50,191 bases of DNA from contig MRSU01003757.1 in assembly GCA_008369845.1 (NCBI GenBank), positions 1 to 50,191 on the forward strand. The letters are read 5' to 3'. The position numbers and the translations under genes are program-made. Source of the stretch: Trichomonas gallinae (lineage: Eukaryota). Under the pieces are notes generated by a model. The model was not told where the DNA came from. It did not search any database and saw only the letters and a list, made by a program, of their open reading frames with translations. Below, in pieces: positions 9,487 to 19,623 of this stretch. Within the stretch, counting starts at the first letter, position 1. Every line of letters starts with the position of its first letter.

Positions 9487-11019
9487 ATGTATTCGCGTAG
9501 GAAGCCTTCACGTTCCCTTTCTATGGATTCATTATCATCCAGTTCGCGTGGACCAAGGAGATCTTACTCAGCTGACACGTTTGTTGAGGAAAAGCCCACC
9601 TACCAGATGCCACAACAGATGCAGGATAAGATTTATAACAGCTTTGGTAAAAGAAATCCGCTAATGACAGTAATTATGTGCTCACGTGGACCATTTATGG
9701 CTGAAATCTTCAAGGCCATTTATGCTATTCTTGATACTTATTGGGTTTCTGTTTATACATATGAAGTTGGTAATGCTGCAATGACAATTGTTACTGTCAT
9801 GGAGCTTATCATCAAGGCGTTCGGTTCATTCATGGGCTGGGCAGCTTCATATAAACTTGCTTTGTTGAGAGGCGAGAATAAAGCTGAAGAATGCCCACAA
9901 GTGTTCGCAGACCTTCTTAAAATAACATTATTAATGGGAATTATTACACCAATTATCCTTTTGCCTTGTGTCGACCCGATTCTTACATTTTTCGGAGCAG
10001 ATGGACAAATTAGACAGGCCGGCCAGGATTATTTGTTCCCAGCTATTCTTGGTTCAGGAGTTTCAATATTGAATACATTTTTATGTGGCTGTTTGCAATC
10101 AGAAGGCAAGAGTCTGATAGCAGGTATCGACCAAACAATCAGTTGTGTTCTCAATATGGCCATTTTCGATCCAATTTTTATTGGTGTTTGCAGATTCGGT
10201 CTTAAAGGCTGTGCATATGCAAATATTTGTGCAGATACAATCGTTGTGTTAATATTTGGAGCAAATTTCATCTTAAAACAATTCGAATCTCAATGCACAA
10301 TGAAAAATCTTCTTAAATGCGGCTGTTCTAGCTATACATTAGACGCCATTAAGATCGGTTTCGTTCAGTTCGTCACACAATTCTGTTTCACCATCCCATC
10401 TTTCGTTATTCGTAAATATATCGAAATCGGATCTAAAAAGAATGGAAAGTACCAAGAAATGTATGCCGCTTTCAACCCAGTGAGCAGATTCTGGTCCTTA
10501 CCAGGATCGTATGCAATGGCGCTCTCTATCTGCACTTTCCCTTGTGTTTCGTATGCTGTCGGAAGAAAAGATGGCGCAAGAGTCAAGAAAATATTAATAA
10601 CAGCTTTCATCCTCTCCATTGTTTGGTGCTCGACAATGGAAGCCATTCTCTTGACGTGCGCAAAGTATATAGCATGGATTTTCGATCATGATACTGAGTT
10701 CATTTACAATGTTACTAAGATGACGAAGATATACTACTGCTGTGCTGGCTTGCTCGGAATTGAACTTGTCTGCTCAACATTCATTCAAACAATGGATAAG
10801 GCAACAAGAGCAATCATTTTGAGCTTCTTAACAAGATTCCTTCCAGTACCAGTCTTCGCTTCTATTTTATTCTTCTCGAATCCAAAAAGAGACGTTTTCA
10901 CAACATTATGGTGCTACCCTATTTCCGACGTGTACAGTTTCTCAATGGGTTTGCTATTCATCAACGAACTATGGACCCAGCTGAATGATTTAGGTGGTGG
11001 ATATGATGCCATTCCATAA
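9487..11019 (+). CDS. MATE (MatE) family efflux transporter
   Basis: About 12 hydrophobic segments. YAILDTYWV, LQSEGKS...LNMAIFDPIFIGVCRFGLKGCAYA and SYAVGRKDG match MATE repeats. ATG 9487 follows the Inr GTCACTTTT at 9471. Confidence 0.9.
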   Translation: MYSRRKPSRSLSMDSLSSSSRGPRRSYSADTFVEEKPTYQMPQQMQDKIYNSFGKRNPLMTVIMCSRGPFMAEIFKAIYAILDTYWVSVYTYEVGNAAMTIVTVMELIIKAFGSFMGWAASYKLALLRGENKAEECPQVFADLLKITLLMGIITPIILLPCVDPILTFFGADGQIRQAGQDYLFPAILGSGVSILNTFLCGCLQSEGKSLIAGIDQTISCVLNMAIFDPIFIGVCRFGLKGCAYANICADTIVVLIFGANFILKQFESQCTMKNLLKCGCSSYTLDAIKIGFVQFVTQFCFTIPSFVIRKYIEIGSKKNGKYQEMYAAFNPVSRFWSLPGSYAMALSICTFPCVSYAVGRKDGARVKKILITAFILSIVWCSTMEAILLTCAKYIAWIFDHDTEFIYNVTKMTKIYYCCAGLLGIELVCSTFIQTMDKATRAIILSFLTRFLPVPVFASILFFSNPKRDVFTTLWCYPISDVYSFSMGLLFINELWTQLNDLGGGYDAIP

Positions 11020-11531
11020 TATTATATAATGCAATTCAAAAATATTTTATTTTGCTTTATTTTTGTACTGTTAATAAAATATCTGTATAGTTAAATTGCT
11101 ATTTAACAAATCATCATTGATTTATTAAAATTTCAAGTTTAATTATTTTGATTTTGGATGATTTGTAATAAATCAATCATCTTTTTTATCATATTAAAAT
11201 CAATTAGTGAAAATTATCGAAATCAAATTTTTGATAATTTTTTTATCAAATTTATGTTATATCATTATTAAGGTGATTTAAAGTTAACGAAATCATATTC
11301 TTGATTATATGTTTGGTTCTCAATGGGAATCAGATAAAATTAAGATTTTTTGTTTTTATTCAAGAATATTTTTGTCTAAAAATCAATAATAAAGAAAATT
11401 TATGCAATAAAATGATAGATATTAAACTATATTATGTTATAGAAATGATAACAACATGAAAAAATAACCACAAAGTCAAGAAAATCTCACTTTTCATTCC
11501 CTAAAAAACTAAAAAAAAATATTTTTTGCTG

Positions 11532-12677
11532 ATGGATGTAAAAAAGATTAATGTTGGAGATTCCGTCAGTGTTCATTGCGAGCAGTATAAACAGACCATG
11601 GATGCCATAATAGTTGCTGTAAGACCGGAAAAAAAGCAGGCTTACGTGCATTTCATTAAACAAGATAAGCGTTTGGACAGATGGGTGACTCTTGCAGAGA
11701 TTACATCGGATCCACATGCTATACTAGTCTCATCAGAGGAAAAATCTCTATCGAGAACTCAAAGAAAACTTTTCTACGATGAAGAAGAAATCGAAAAACT
11801 CGAAATTCAATATCAACCATTCGAAAGGGCACATCAAGAGGTTACAAGAGTACGAAATATCGACAGAATTACAATAGGACCTTACACAATTCAAGCCTGG
11901 TATTATTCTCCATATCCGAATCCTTATGGAAAGCAGGACCATCTATATATATGCGATTACTGCTTCAAGTACTTTCAAAATGCGGAGGAATTACGCAACC
12001 ATCTCGCAGAGACGCGCGAACAATGTCCACCAGGAACCGAAATCTATCGCAATGGCAATTTAAGCATTTTCGAAATGAAGGGCTGGGTGCATAAACTACC
12101 TTGCCAGTGCTTATGTTTACTTTCAAAGTTGTTTTTAGATCACAAAACTTTATTTTACGATGTAGAAGGATTTTTATTTTACGTTGTATGCGAATGTGAT
12201 GAAAAAGGCGCGCATATCGCTGCATACTTCTCCAAAGAAGTAAATAGTCAAGTAGGAAACGTTTTATCTTGTATCACAACTTTACCACCTTATCAAAAGA
12301 AAGGATACGGAAATTTATGCATATCACTTAGCTACGAATTGGCCAGACGCTCTAGAACTTGCGGTGGCCCAGAAAGACCATTATCAGATTTAGGAAAACT
12401 CGCATTTGCTTCCTACTGGAAAGATACTTTACTCGAGTTGTTTAGAACACGCTATCAAGAAATGACATCTATAGATAATATTATTATTTTAACTAGTATC
12501 CAAAGAAATGACGTAATAGAAACATTAAAAGAGCTTGGATGTGTTACAAAAGTCAAAGGCGAGTATGAACTTGACTTAACTTCGCCGACTTTACAATCTG
12601 CTATTGAAAATCAGCAGAAAGCAGCACCAAAACGAAAAATAGATCCTCAATACTTAAGATGGCTCCCTGAAGAGTAA
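11532..12677 (+). CDS. MYST-family histone acetyltransferase (Esa1/Tip60/MOF-like) with N-terminal Tudor-knot/chromobarrel
   Basis: YVHF..QDKRLDRWV, WYYSPYP, C2HC-type finger ICDYCFKY, LSKLFLDHKTLFYDV, SCITTLPPYQKKGYG and GPERPLSDLG. Confidence 0.96.
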   Translation: MDVKKINVGDSVSVHCEQYKQTMDAIIVAVRPEKKQAYVHFIKQDKRLDRWVTLAEITSDPHAILVSSEEKSLSRTQRKLFYDEEEIEKLEIQYQPFERAHQEVTRVRNIDRITIGPYTIQAWYYSPYPNPYGKQDHLYICDYCFKYFQNAEELRNHLAETREQCPPGTEIYRNGNLSIFEMKGWVHKLPCQCLCLLSKLFLDHKTLFYDVEGFLFYVVCECDEKGAHIAAYFSKEVNSQVGNVLSCITTLPPYQKKGYGNLCISLSYELARRSRTCGGPERPLSDLGKLAFASYWKDTLLELFRTRYQEMTSIDNIIILTSIQRNDVIETLKELGCVTKVKGEYELDLTSPTLQSAIENQQKAAPKRKIDPQYLRWLPEE

Positions 12678-12971
12678 TTGTTGTTAGTTTGTTTTTAAAT
12701 ATATTATTTATTTATTGATATAATGTGATTTATCACCATATCATTTATTTGTAATAGAGATCTGTCTCACAAAAGTCAATATAAGGTTTTCCAAGCTGAG
12801 CTTTGATGTTGATTTCTGATATTGATGTTAATCCTGGAAATGATGGTGATTATTGCGTTTTTCCACATCTTTGCATCATTCACACAAAAGACAATGTAAT
12901 TTTTATATCTTTATCCATTGTATAATCATCAATACCGATTCTATCATATCTTGAAAACAACGCGATATTTT

Positions 12972-13248
12972 CTAATATACAATTGCAATTGTATATATTG
13001 GATTTAAATTGTCAATAAGATTATTTTTCAACATTTTAACAATTGCATGATGACCTTTATCATAAGCAGCATTCAGAGCTGATGTGATGAATTTGTCCTT
13101 TGCATTGCCATCTATTCCGGGAACTTTGAGAAGAGATTTGACAACTTCATGACGATCATTAAATGAAGCTCTAATCAAAGCTTCTTTGTCTTTTTCATTG
13201 ACTTTTATTCCGGGAACTGCTAGAAGCATAAATCAAAGCTGTTAAACC
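12972..13248 (-). pseudogene. Ankyrin-repeat gene fragment
   Basis: ORF has ALIRASFNDRHEVVKSLLKVPGIDGNAKD and SALNAAYDKGHHAIVKML. Its ATG lies inside a different-frame ankyrin segment GLTALIYAS (13248-13222), indicating a deletion or frameshift. Confidence 0.75.
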
Positions 13249-13570
13249 ACATAAAAAGAGTTATACGTAATTTATATCAGGGATAATTCTCTGTGTTATT
13301 CCAGAATGCTTGAGAAATACATTAAAAATTGTAAATTGTATTTTTGTCAAATAAGATATTTATTTGACAAATTTTATATATCTTCAACTAATTCGAGATG
13401 AAATATAGTTTGGAATAAAAATAAAAGATATTTGTTATTTATACATGGCATTGGTCTCTGTGTTAAGTCAAGACACATTAGAAATACATTTGAATTATAA
13501 TTTTAAAAATTTTATTATTTGAGGGATCTCATATAATATTTTGTGAAGAAGTTTGTTATTAATTTTTATA

Positions 13571-15610
13571 ATGGCTGATAAAAGTGGAGGAAATATCAAA
13601 GTTTACGTTAGAATTCGTCCGGAATCGTCTACTATACCCGAAGATTCGGAGCTGAAGATAGATGAACTCGACGAACACAAAATTAGAATTGGAAATAGTT
13701 TCTCAACGCCTCCATTTACAAAAGTCTTCGGAAAAGAAACAAAGCAGCCAACAATATTCGATAATATAGCAAAACCTTTGATTGATCATGCGCTGGAAGG
13801 ATATAATGCAACGCTATTTGCTTACGGACAGACAGGCTCGGGTAAAACATACACTCTCACTGGTGGTGACTCTTACGAAGAGCGAGGAATCATTCCCAGA
13901 AGTGTCGCTTATCTTTATAATCAAATCAAGAGACAGAACGAGTGGACTTATAGGGTCAGCACATCGTACATTGAAATGTACAATACTAGTTGTTTTGATC
14001 TTTTAACTGATGCTTCAACAATGGCTGACAGAAATTACAACAAATTAGGACATGTTGAACTTCTCGAATCAGGTAATAAAATCATAATGAAGGTCAGAGA
14101 ATCGCCTGCACTGTCTCCACTTAAAGTATGTGAAGACTTCGAATCAGCCTTGCAAACACTTTTCCTCGGTGAAACAAATAGACAGATCGCAGAAACATAT
14201 GCTAACGATGTTTCTTCACGTTCACACGTAATTTTTACACTACACATATACGGTCGTAATATCCAAACAGCAGAAATAAGAGAATCGAAATTAAATTTTG
14301 TCGATCTTGCTGGTTCCGAATCTGTTGAACAAATAGAGAAGGAGAAGCAAATCACAGAAGCAAAATTCATTAACATTTCCCTCTACTACTTGCACAGAGT
14401 CATTTATGCGTTACAGACAAAACAGGACTTCGTACCATACCGTTTATCCGCTTTAACTCTCTACTTGAAGGATTCTCTCGGCGGTAACACGATGACATCT
14501 ATGATCGCTGCCGTCCACCCCAATGGTAGCAGCTTCACTATGAACACTCTTAAGTTTGCAGCGCAAGTTATGAGCATCAAGAACAACGCGACTGCGAATG
14601 TTTCGTTGGATCCTAAAGTTTTAATCGAAAAACTGAGACAAGAAATCATTCGCTTGAAGCATGAGCTAGCTGTTGCTAGAGGTGAAGAAGAGGACAAGCC
14701 GATGACAGATGAAGAAAGAGACCAACTCATTGAAGAGATAACGGGATACATACAGCAAAAATCGCAGTTTCCACAGATCAACCCTTCGCGATTCAAATTC
14801 GTCGTTGACTATGTTTACGAAAACTTCTCCAACGGCGACATCAAGCAAGGACAGCAGTCCGATGAGCCGAAGAAGCAGTCAAACATATCTGATGAAGAAC
14901 TGAAGAAGGCAGTGAACGCGCTGAACAAGAAGAACAAGCAATACGAAAATGAAATCATGGTTTTGGTAAAGATGCTCAATAACAGAGAGTCTAAAGCGGA
15001 TACATGGACACAGACGTCAACAGGGACATCTCAGAGAATAGTGCAAGAGAGGAAGCCAGTTGACAAGAAAGAAGCTTTCCAGAAGTTTATCGTGAATCAC
15101 AGAAAATATAGAGCAATTCAGTTGAACAAAAAAGTTTACGCTGAGAAAGTCGAAGAAGCGAAGAACTTGAGCACATCAGGAAAATCTCTTAAGCAGGAGA
15201 TAGAAGGAATCAGACAGAATTTGAATGAAATAGAAGACGAAGAACAAAGAAAGCAAATTCTCCAGGAATTGAACCAGAAAATGTCTAGCTATGAAGGACT
15301 CAGAAAACGCTTGGAGTCGCTTAAAGACGAATTGGCAACAATCGATGACATGAACAAAGTAAACAAGAAGGAGATCAAGAAGGACTTTGAAGCATTCTGG
15401 GTCGAACATTATGGAAAAGTCAACGAACAAGCTGAGCAAGTAAAAACTCTTCCGAAGCCCGAACAAGTTGAAACTCATGTTGGCGATCAACAAGCTGATG
15501 AAATCATTAATCAGTTCTATGCAAAGAAAGATGAGTTCCTTAAGAAGTTGGCTGATACGAGACAGAGTAGATCAAGGATGTCTAGTCGAGGAACAGGCGA
15601 AGAAAAATAA
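13571..15610 (+). CDS. Kinesin-9 family motor (KIF6-like)
   Basis: P-loop GQTGSGKT, switch I SSRSH and switch II DLAGSE. KIF6-like segments GETNRQIAET, DPKVLIEKLRQEI..LKHELA and EIMVLVKML; coiled-coil tail. Confidence 0.9.
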   Translation: MADKSGGNIKVYVRIRPESSTIPEDSELKIDELDEHKIRIGNSFSTPPFTKVFGKETKQPTIFDNIAKPLIDHALEGYNATLFAYGQTGSGKTYTLTGGDSYEERGIIPRSVAYLYNQIKRQNEWTYRVSTSYIEMYNTSCFDLLTDASTMADRNYNKLGHVELLESGNKIIMKVRESPALSPLKVCEDFESALQTLFLGETNRQIAETYANDVSSRSHVIFTLHIYGRNIQTAEIRESKLNFVDLAGSESVEQIEKEKQITEAKFINISLYYLHRVIYALQTKQDFVPYRLSALTLYLKDSLGGNTMTSMIAAVHPNGSSFTMNTLKFAAQVMSIKNNATANVSLDPKVLIEKLRQEIIRLKHELAVARGEEEDKPMTDEERDQLIEEITGYIQQKSQFPQINPSRFKFVVDYVYENFSNGDIKQGQQSDEPKKQSNISDEELKKAVNALNKKNKQYENEIMVLVKMLNNRESKADTWTQTSTGTSQRIVQERKPVDKKEAFQKFIVNHRKYRAIQLNKKVYAEKVEEAKNLSTSGKSLKQEIEGIRQNLNEIEDEEQRKQILQELNQKMSSYEGLRKRLESLKDELATIDDMNKVNKKEIKKDFEAFWVEHYGKVNEQAEQVKTLPKPEQVETHVGDQQADEIINQFYAKKDEFLKKLADTRQSRSRMSSRGTGEEK

Positions 15611-15968
15611 TTATTTTGATTTATTATATTATTTGCATTGTTATTTTTATAAAATTGTTTATCTAGAAATATATATGTTAATGGACTCATACTTAATCAT
15701 TGATTTTCTAATTCATTTTATTGATCAAATATATATCTTATTAATGACAGAATAAGCGGGAAATTTAATTTATTCATGATTATACGTATATTATCAATTA
15801 GAATTGCCCTTGGGATTTTTTTGTCAGAATGAAAGTTTATGTGTCAAGAATTTGTCACTTTTTAAATTAGTCAGAATTAAATCGGATTTTTAGTTGAGAT
15901 ATGGCATTTTTAGGATGTAACTAATATGAATGTTGAAGAATTTTGAATTTTTGAACTCATTTTTCAAA

Positions 15969-16127
15969 ATGTCTGGAAAGCCAATCATTGCTGGAAGACC
16001 ACAGGAAACAAAGGAGGTCGGCAAGCCACAAGGCCGTGCTTGCTACTGCCAGTCCCACCAACCACAGGGTGGCTGCTGCAGCTCAAACAACAATCAGCAA
16101 TCTGGACAATGCTGCCAATCCAAGTAA
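15969..16127 (+). CDS. Small Cys/Gln-rich protein, 52 aa
   Basis: Inr CTCATTTT immediately upstream, biased codons, stop TAA within a TAAA poly(A) signal; CYC, CC and CC clusters. Confidence 0.7.
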   Translation: MSGKPIIAGRPQETKEVGKPQGRACYCQSHQPQGGCCSSNNNQQSGQCCQSK

Positions 16128-16313
16128 ATATATAGAGTTAAACAATAGAAGTTAATGAGATGTTTAATCAAAACACAATTTCAAAATTTATTTTTTATTT
16201 TTCATTTAAATCCAAAAATATTATTTGATTGCATAGTATTACAATTTCACTTATAACTACCCACATGATTTGCTTGTATATTGATATGAAAAGAATAATA
16301 TTAACAAAAATTT

Positions 16314-17234
16314 TTATTGCTCTGGTCCATCCCAACACATGATATTGTCAATATAGTTTGTAATGTTGTGATCCATTAAACCGCCCATAGCAAGCATTAA
16401 GTTAAGTGGCTGATTTTCGTTGAAAATTACGAAATTAACGTTTCCATCCGGGGTAGCTTGGATATGATATGCAGTTCCTGGCATTACTAGTTCTACTGGC
16501 TCTGGACGCTGTGCAAACTGTACCAATCTTTGAACAAGTTGTGGTAATTTTTGCGAAATATTTGCACTAGATGCGCCTTGTGGCATTACTGATTGCTGTG
16601 CGATACCGAACATTTGCTGGAGCATTCCCTGCAACATCATGATTCCATTTTGCTGATTTGGGCCTGGTGGGCAAAACATGTTAACAATCATTCCAATGTT
16701 GCGAGAGTTCAAGCGTGGAACTACATCACCGTTGTAAGCGAATGACATGATGTATTTCGTTGTTTTTGCTTTGAGATCTGGTGATAAAATTGGGAATGGT
16801 GCCATAGAAACGGCGTAAACGTTGTTCATGTTTCTTTCCCGTCTAAGAATTGCGCAGATCATTGATGAAGTAGCACCACCGAAGGAGTGACCAGTGCAAA
16901 TAATTTTTCCTTTGCAGTTATCAATGTACTTCTTGCATTGTTCGATTACCCATCTCGCGGCTTCAAGGATGCCGCGGTGTGCTTTGCCACCTGCAAAATC
17001 AGCTCTTTCAAAATCTAAGCAGATTGCGAAATCATCTGGCTCGCACGCACCACGAATGGATATGTAAACATTATCGTCGCCTGTTGCTAAAAAGAAATAA
17101 GGATGTCCGGATCCACCGCGTGTAATTTGCTTCTCTAAAGGAGAAGGAAGTGGCTCACCGAATGGCATGAAGTCCTGGATGGTAATGCAAAGTCTTGCCA
17201 TTTCCATGTCAACGCAATCATCAGGTGCTGACAT
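16314..17234 (-). CDS. Class 3 lipase (alpha/beta hydrolase)
   Basis: YISIRG, AHRGI, nucleophile elbow TGHSFGG, GDVVPRL and C-terminal DH. Confidence 0.92.
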   Translation of the reverse strand: MSAPDDCVDMEMARLCITIQDFMPFGEPLPSPLEKQITRGGSGHPYFFLATGDDNVYISIRGACEPDDFAICLDFERADFAGGKAHRGILEAARWVIEQCKKYIDNCKGKIICTGHSFGGATSSMICAILRRERNMNNVYAVSMAPFPILSPDLKAKTTKYIMSFAYNGDVVPRLNSRNIGMIVNMFCPPGPNQQNGIMMLQGMLQQMFGIAQQSVMPQGASSANISQKLPQLVQRLVQFAQRPEPVELVMPGTAYHIQATPDGNVNFVIFNENQPLNLMLAMGGLMDHNITNYIDNIMCWDGPEQ

Positions 17235-17985
17235 TTTCTAAAAAATTTTGGGTATTTTTCATTTGAACAATTATACGTTCGCTTAAAGAAATGACTTCAT
17301 TATAAACAAATAAAGCGTTTTATCTATTTATTTATTCGATTTTGATCAGATTTATTTGATTTTCTCGTCAATTTTTTTTAATTCCCCATATGTAAACATT
17401 TCAATTTTGAAATGTTTACAATAATGGTACCTAATTTACATGTCAATTTTTTTGACATCGGAATGTTGCATCATGTTACATTTCTGTTTTTCAATGTCGC
17501 AGAATGCTGTGTGCTTTACCCAACTTTTAAAAAAGCTGTGTTCTTCTCTTTTCACTACTGGAGATAAGTAACTCACGCTATTGAAGTCATTAAAAAAAAA
17601 TTCCGTTTACCCTCGAAGAAAACTGCTTATTTTTGATAGCAAACAAAGCATCAGAAAATAACAAATATCATGATTTGAAATTAACAAAGTCCATTCCAAG
17701 TTAGATTACCAATCCTCGCAAAAGATCAACTTATCCCAATTAGCTAGTTTCCTATTATTTATTCGAATTTATTTATTGAGCTAATAAGGACAATATATGT
17801 TTCTAATCCACCATTATGAATTTCTAAACTTATCAATTACTTCATAAAATATTTTTTATAAATTGTGATAATTTGATTTAAAAATCGTAGTATGCATGAA
17901 AGCTCTATAAAATATTTTACAGGAATTTAAACAAAGTAGAATAAAAAAAAGTTTGGTTATTCTATGCTGTATTTTCCTCGTTTGT

Positions 17986-18297
17986 CTAAATAAACATTTC
18001 GTTGTAATTAACACCAGACATTTCTATATCAGCTATATACGAAGCGTTTGTTTTTCTTGGAGTATAATTTCGATTTCTTCTTGTAGTTGTTAAAGCAGCA
18101 ACGGTATCTTTGGCAGTTGGAGAAACTGCTTTCAAAAATGTATCTATCGCTGAGCCTTTTGGCGCATAAGGTTCAATACCATCTTTTTTGCCCAAACCAC
18201 CGATACCACCGCCACCACCTAGCTTAGTGCCGATGCTTCCTAGAGTAAGCGTTGGTGTCGTGCTTGATGTCGATGATTCTGTTTTAGTCTCAGTCAT
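17986..18297 (-). CDS. Hypothetical low-complexity protein, 103 aa
   Basis: ATG-initiated ORF with coding-like GC, Thr/Ser/Gly-rich N-terminus and two AAAAGTGAC motifs directly upstream. Confidence 0.7.
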   Translation of the reverse strand: MTETKTESSTSSTTPTLTLGSIGTKLGGGGGIGGLGKKDGIEPYAPKGSAIDTFLKAVSPTAKDTVAALTTTRRNRNYTPRKTNASYIADIEMSGVNYNEMFI

Positions 18298-18426
18298 TAG
18301 TCACTTTTATTATGTATTGTCACTTTTGTACAAGATATATTTTACATGTCAAATATAATATTACATGACAGATTATTGATGAACGTTTTTTATTATACGA
18401 TTATTTTTTAGTGTAAATTTTTTTCA
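18298..18426. promoter_or_regulatory. Compact bidirectional promoter (129 bp)
   Basis: Lies between divergent ATGs; GTCACTTTT at 18300 and 18319, plus TTTACATGTCA and TTACATGACA. Confidence 0.65.
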
Positions 18427-19002
18427 ATGTCACAGACTGGAGGCATTCCCAAACTGAGCCTTAATCTTACAAACATTACAAAAAATCAGCAAGATAACAA
18501 TCTCGACGACCTCCCGCCGATTCCTGCTAAAGATTCGATGGATCAAACGCAGCAGCCGGCTCGCCCAACAAGACAAAGACCACAACCAGTTAGAAATACG
18601 ATGACACTCAACAAGAAAAATCTTGTCGTAAATAATGACTCTGACTCAAGCGATATTGATGATTTTGATATTGAAACGGTTCCTGTTGGCGATGCTCCTG
18701 AGAAAGTTGAGAAGGAACCAGATGCCGATACACCTGGTCCTATTGCTCAGGTTAGCCAACTTCCTGATTTTGCAGAAGACAGCGACGATGATGAAGGACA
18801 AGGCCGCGAGAAAAACAAACTTTCGCTTTTATACGATTTCTTGCTCACACAAGATCAGTGTGATGAACCACAAGATGAATGGACTTACAAAGGATTTATT
18901 AAAGATTATGCAAAATCGGAAGCTCGTGAAGATAATAATGGTGATTCCGATGACGAATATGATGAATATGGTGAGGAAGAAATGGATGATGAATATGATT
19001 AA
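18427..19002 (+). CDS. Acidic disordered protein, IFT43-like
   Basis: 191 aa, acidic. IAQVSQLP and KLSLLYDFLLTQDQCDEPQDEWTY resemble the conserved IFT43 C-terminal motif (LxLLxxxLxxxxxxxExDxxW). The CDS is secure; the product is tentative. Confidence 0.55.
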   Translation: MSQTGGIPKLSLNLTNITKNQQDNNLDDLPPIPAKDSMDQTQQPARPTRQRPQPVRNTMTLNKKNLVVNNDSDSSDIDDFDIETVPVGDAPEKVEKEPDADTPGPIAQVSQLPDFAEDSDDDEGQGREKNKLSLLYDFLLTQDQCDEPQDEWTYKGFIKDYAKSEAREDNNGDSDDEYDEYGEEEMDDEYD

Positions 19003-19623
19003 GCCTATTTTTATTGATAATATTAAAGTATCTGATATGTATAACAAATTCCACTTTGTTCATTATAATTAGCTTAAATAAATAGGTTTATAAATTTATA
19101 ACATCGTAAAATTGATAATATATTGTTACAAATTTGAATTTTGAGATTTTTTAACCCAATGTTATAATATTTGTTCCCAATAGTCCTACATATCAATAAT
19201 CGCAGTCCTATTATCAACAAAAATTGTTGCATCAAATGAAATTTTGATGAATCATAATTTTTCATCATATCATCAGTGTTTATGACTACAAACACTATAT
19301 TGTTATTCTGATTGACCTTGTTGGCTTAAATCAGTTTACAAAAAGATTATGAAAATACATTGCTGCGTGGCATTGATAGAGAATTGGAATGTACAAAATA
19401 TTTAGACTTTTATACAATTTAAATCATTATTCAAGAATTTGATGGAGTCCCTCAATAGAAATAGCAGATTTTTTGTTACTTGTAAAAATAAGTTTCATAT
19501 TTCTGTTGTGCTGTCAATAGCTCTTCATTGCTGCCCACTCAAGCAATCATTTACATGCATAGATACTTTTGATGAAGAAAGAAAAAGTAATATATATTTT
19601 CAAACAATAAATACAAACAAATT

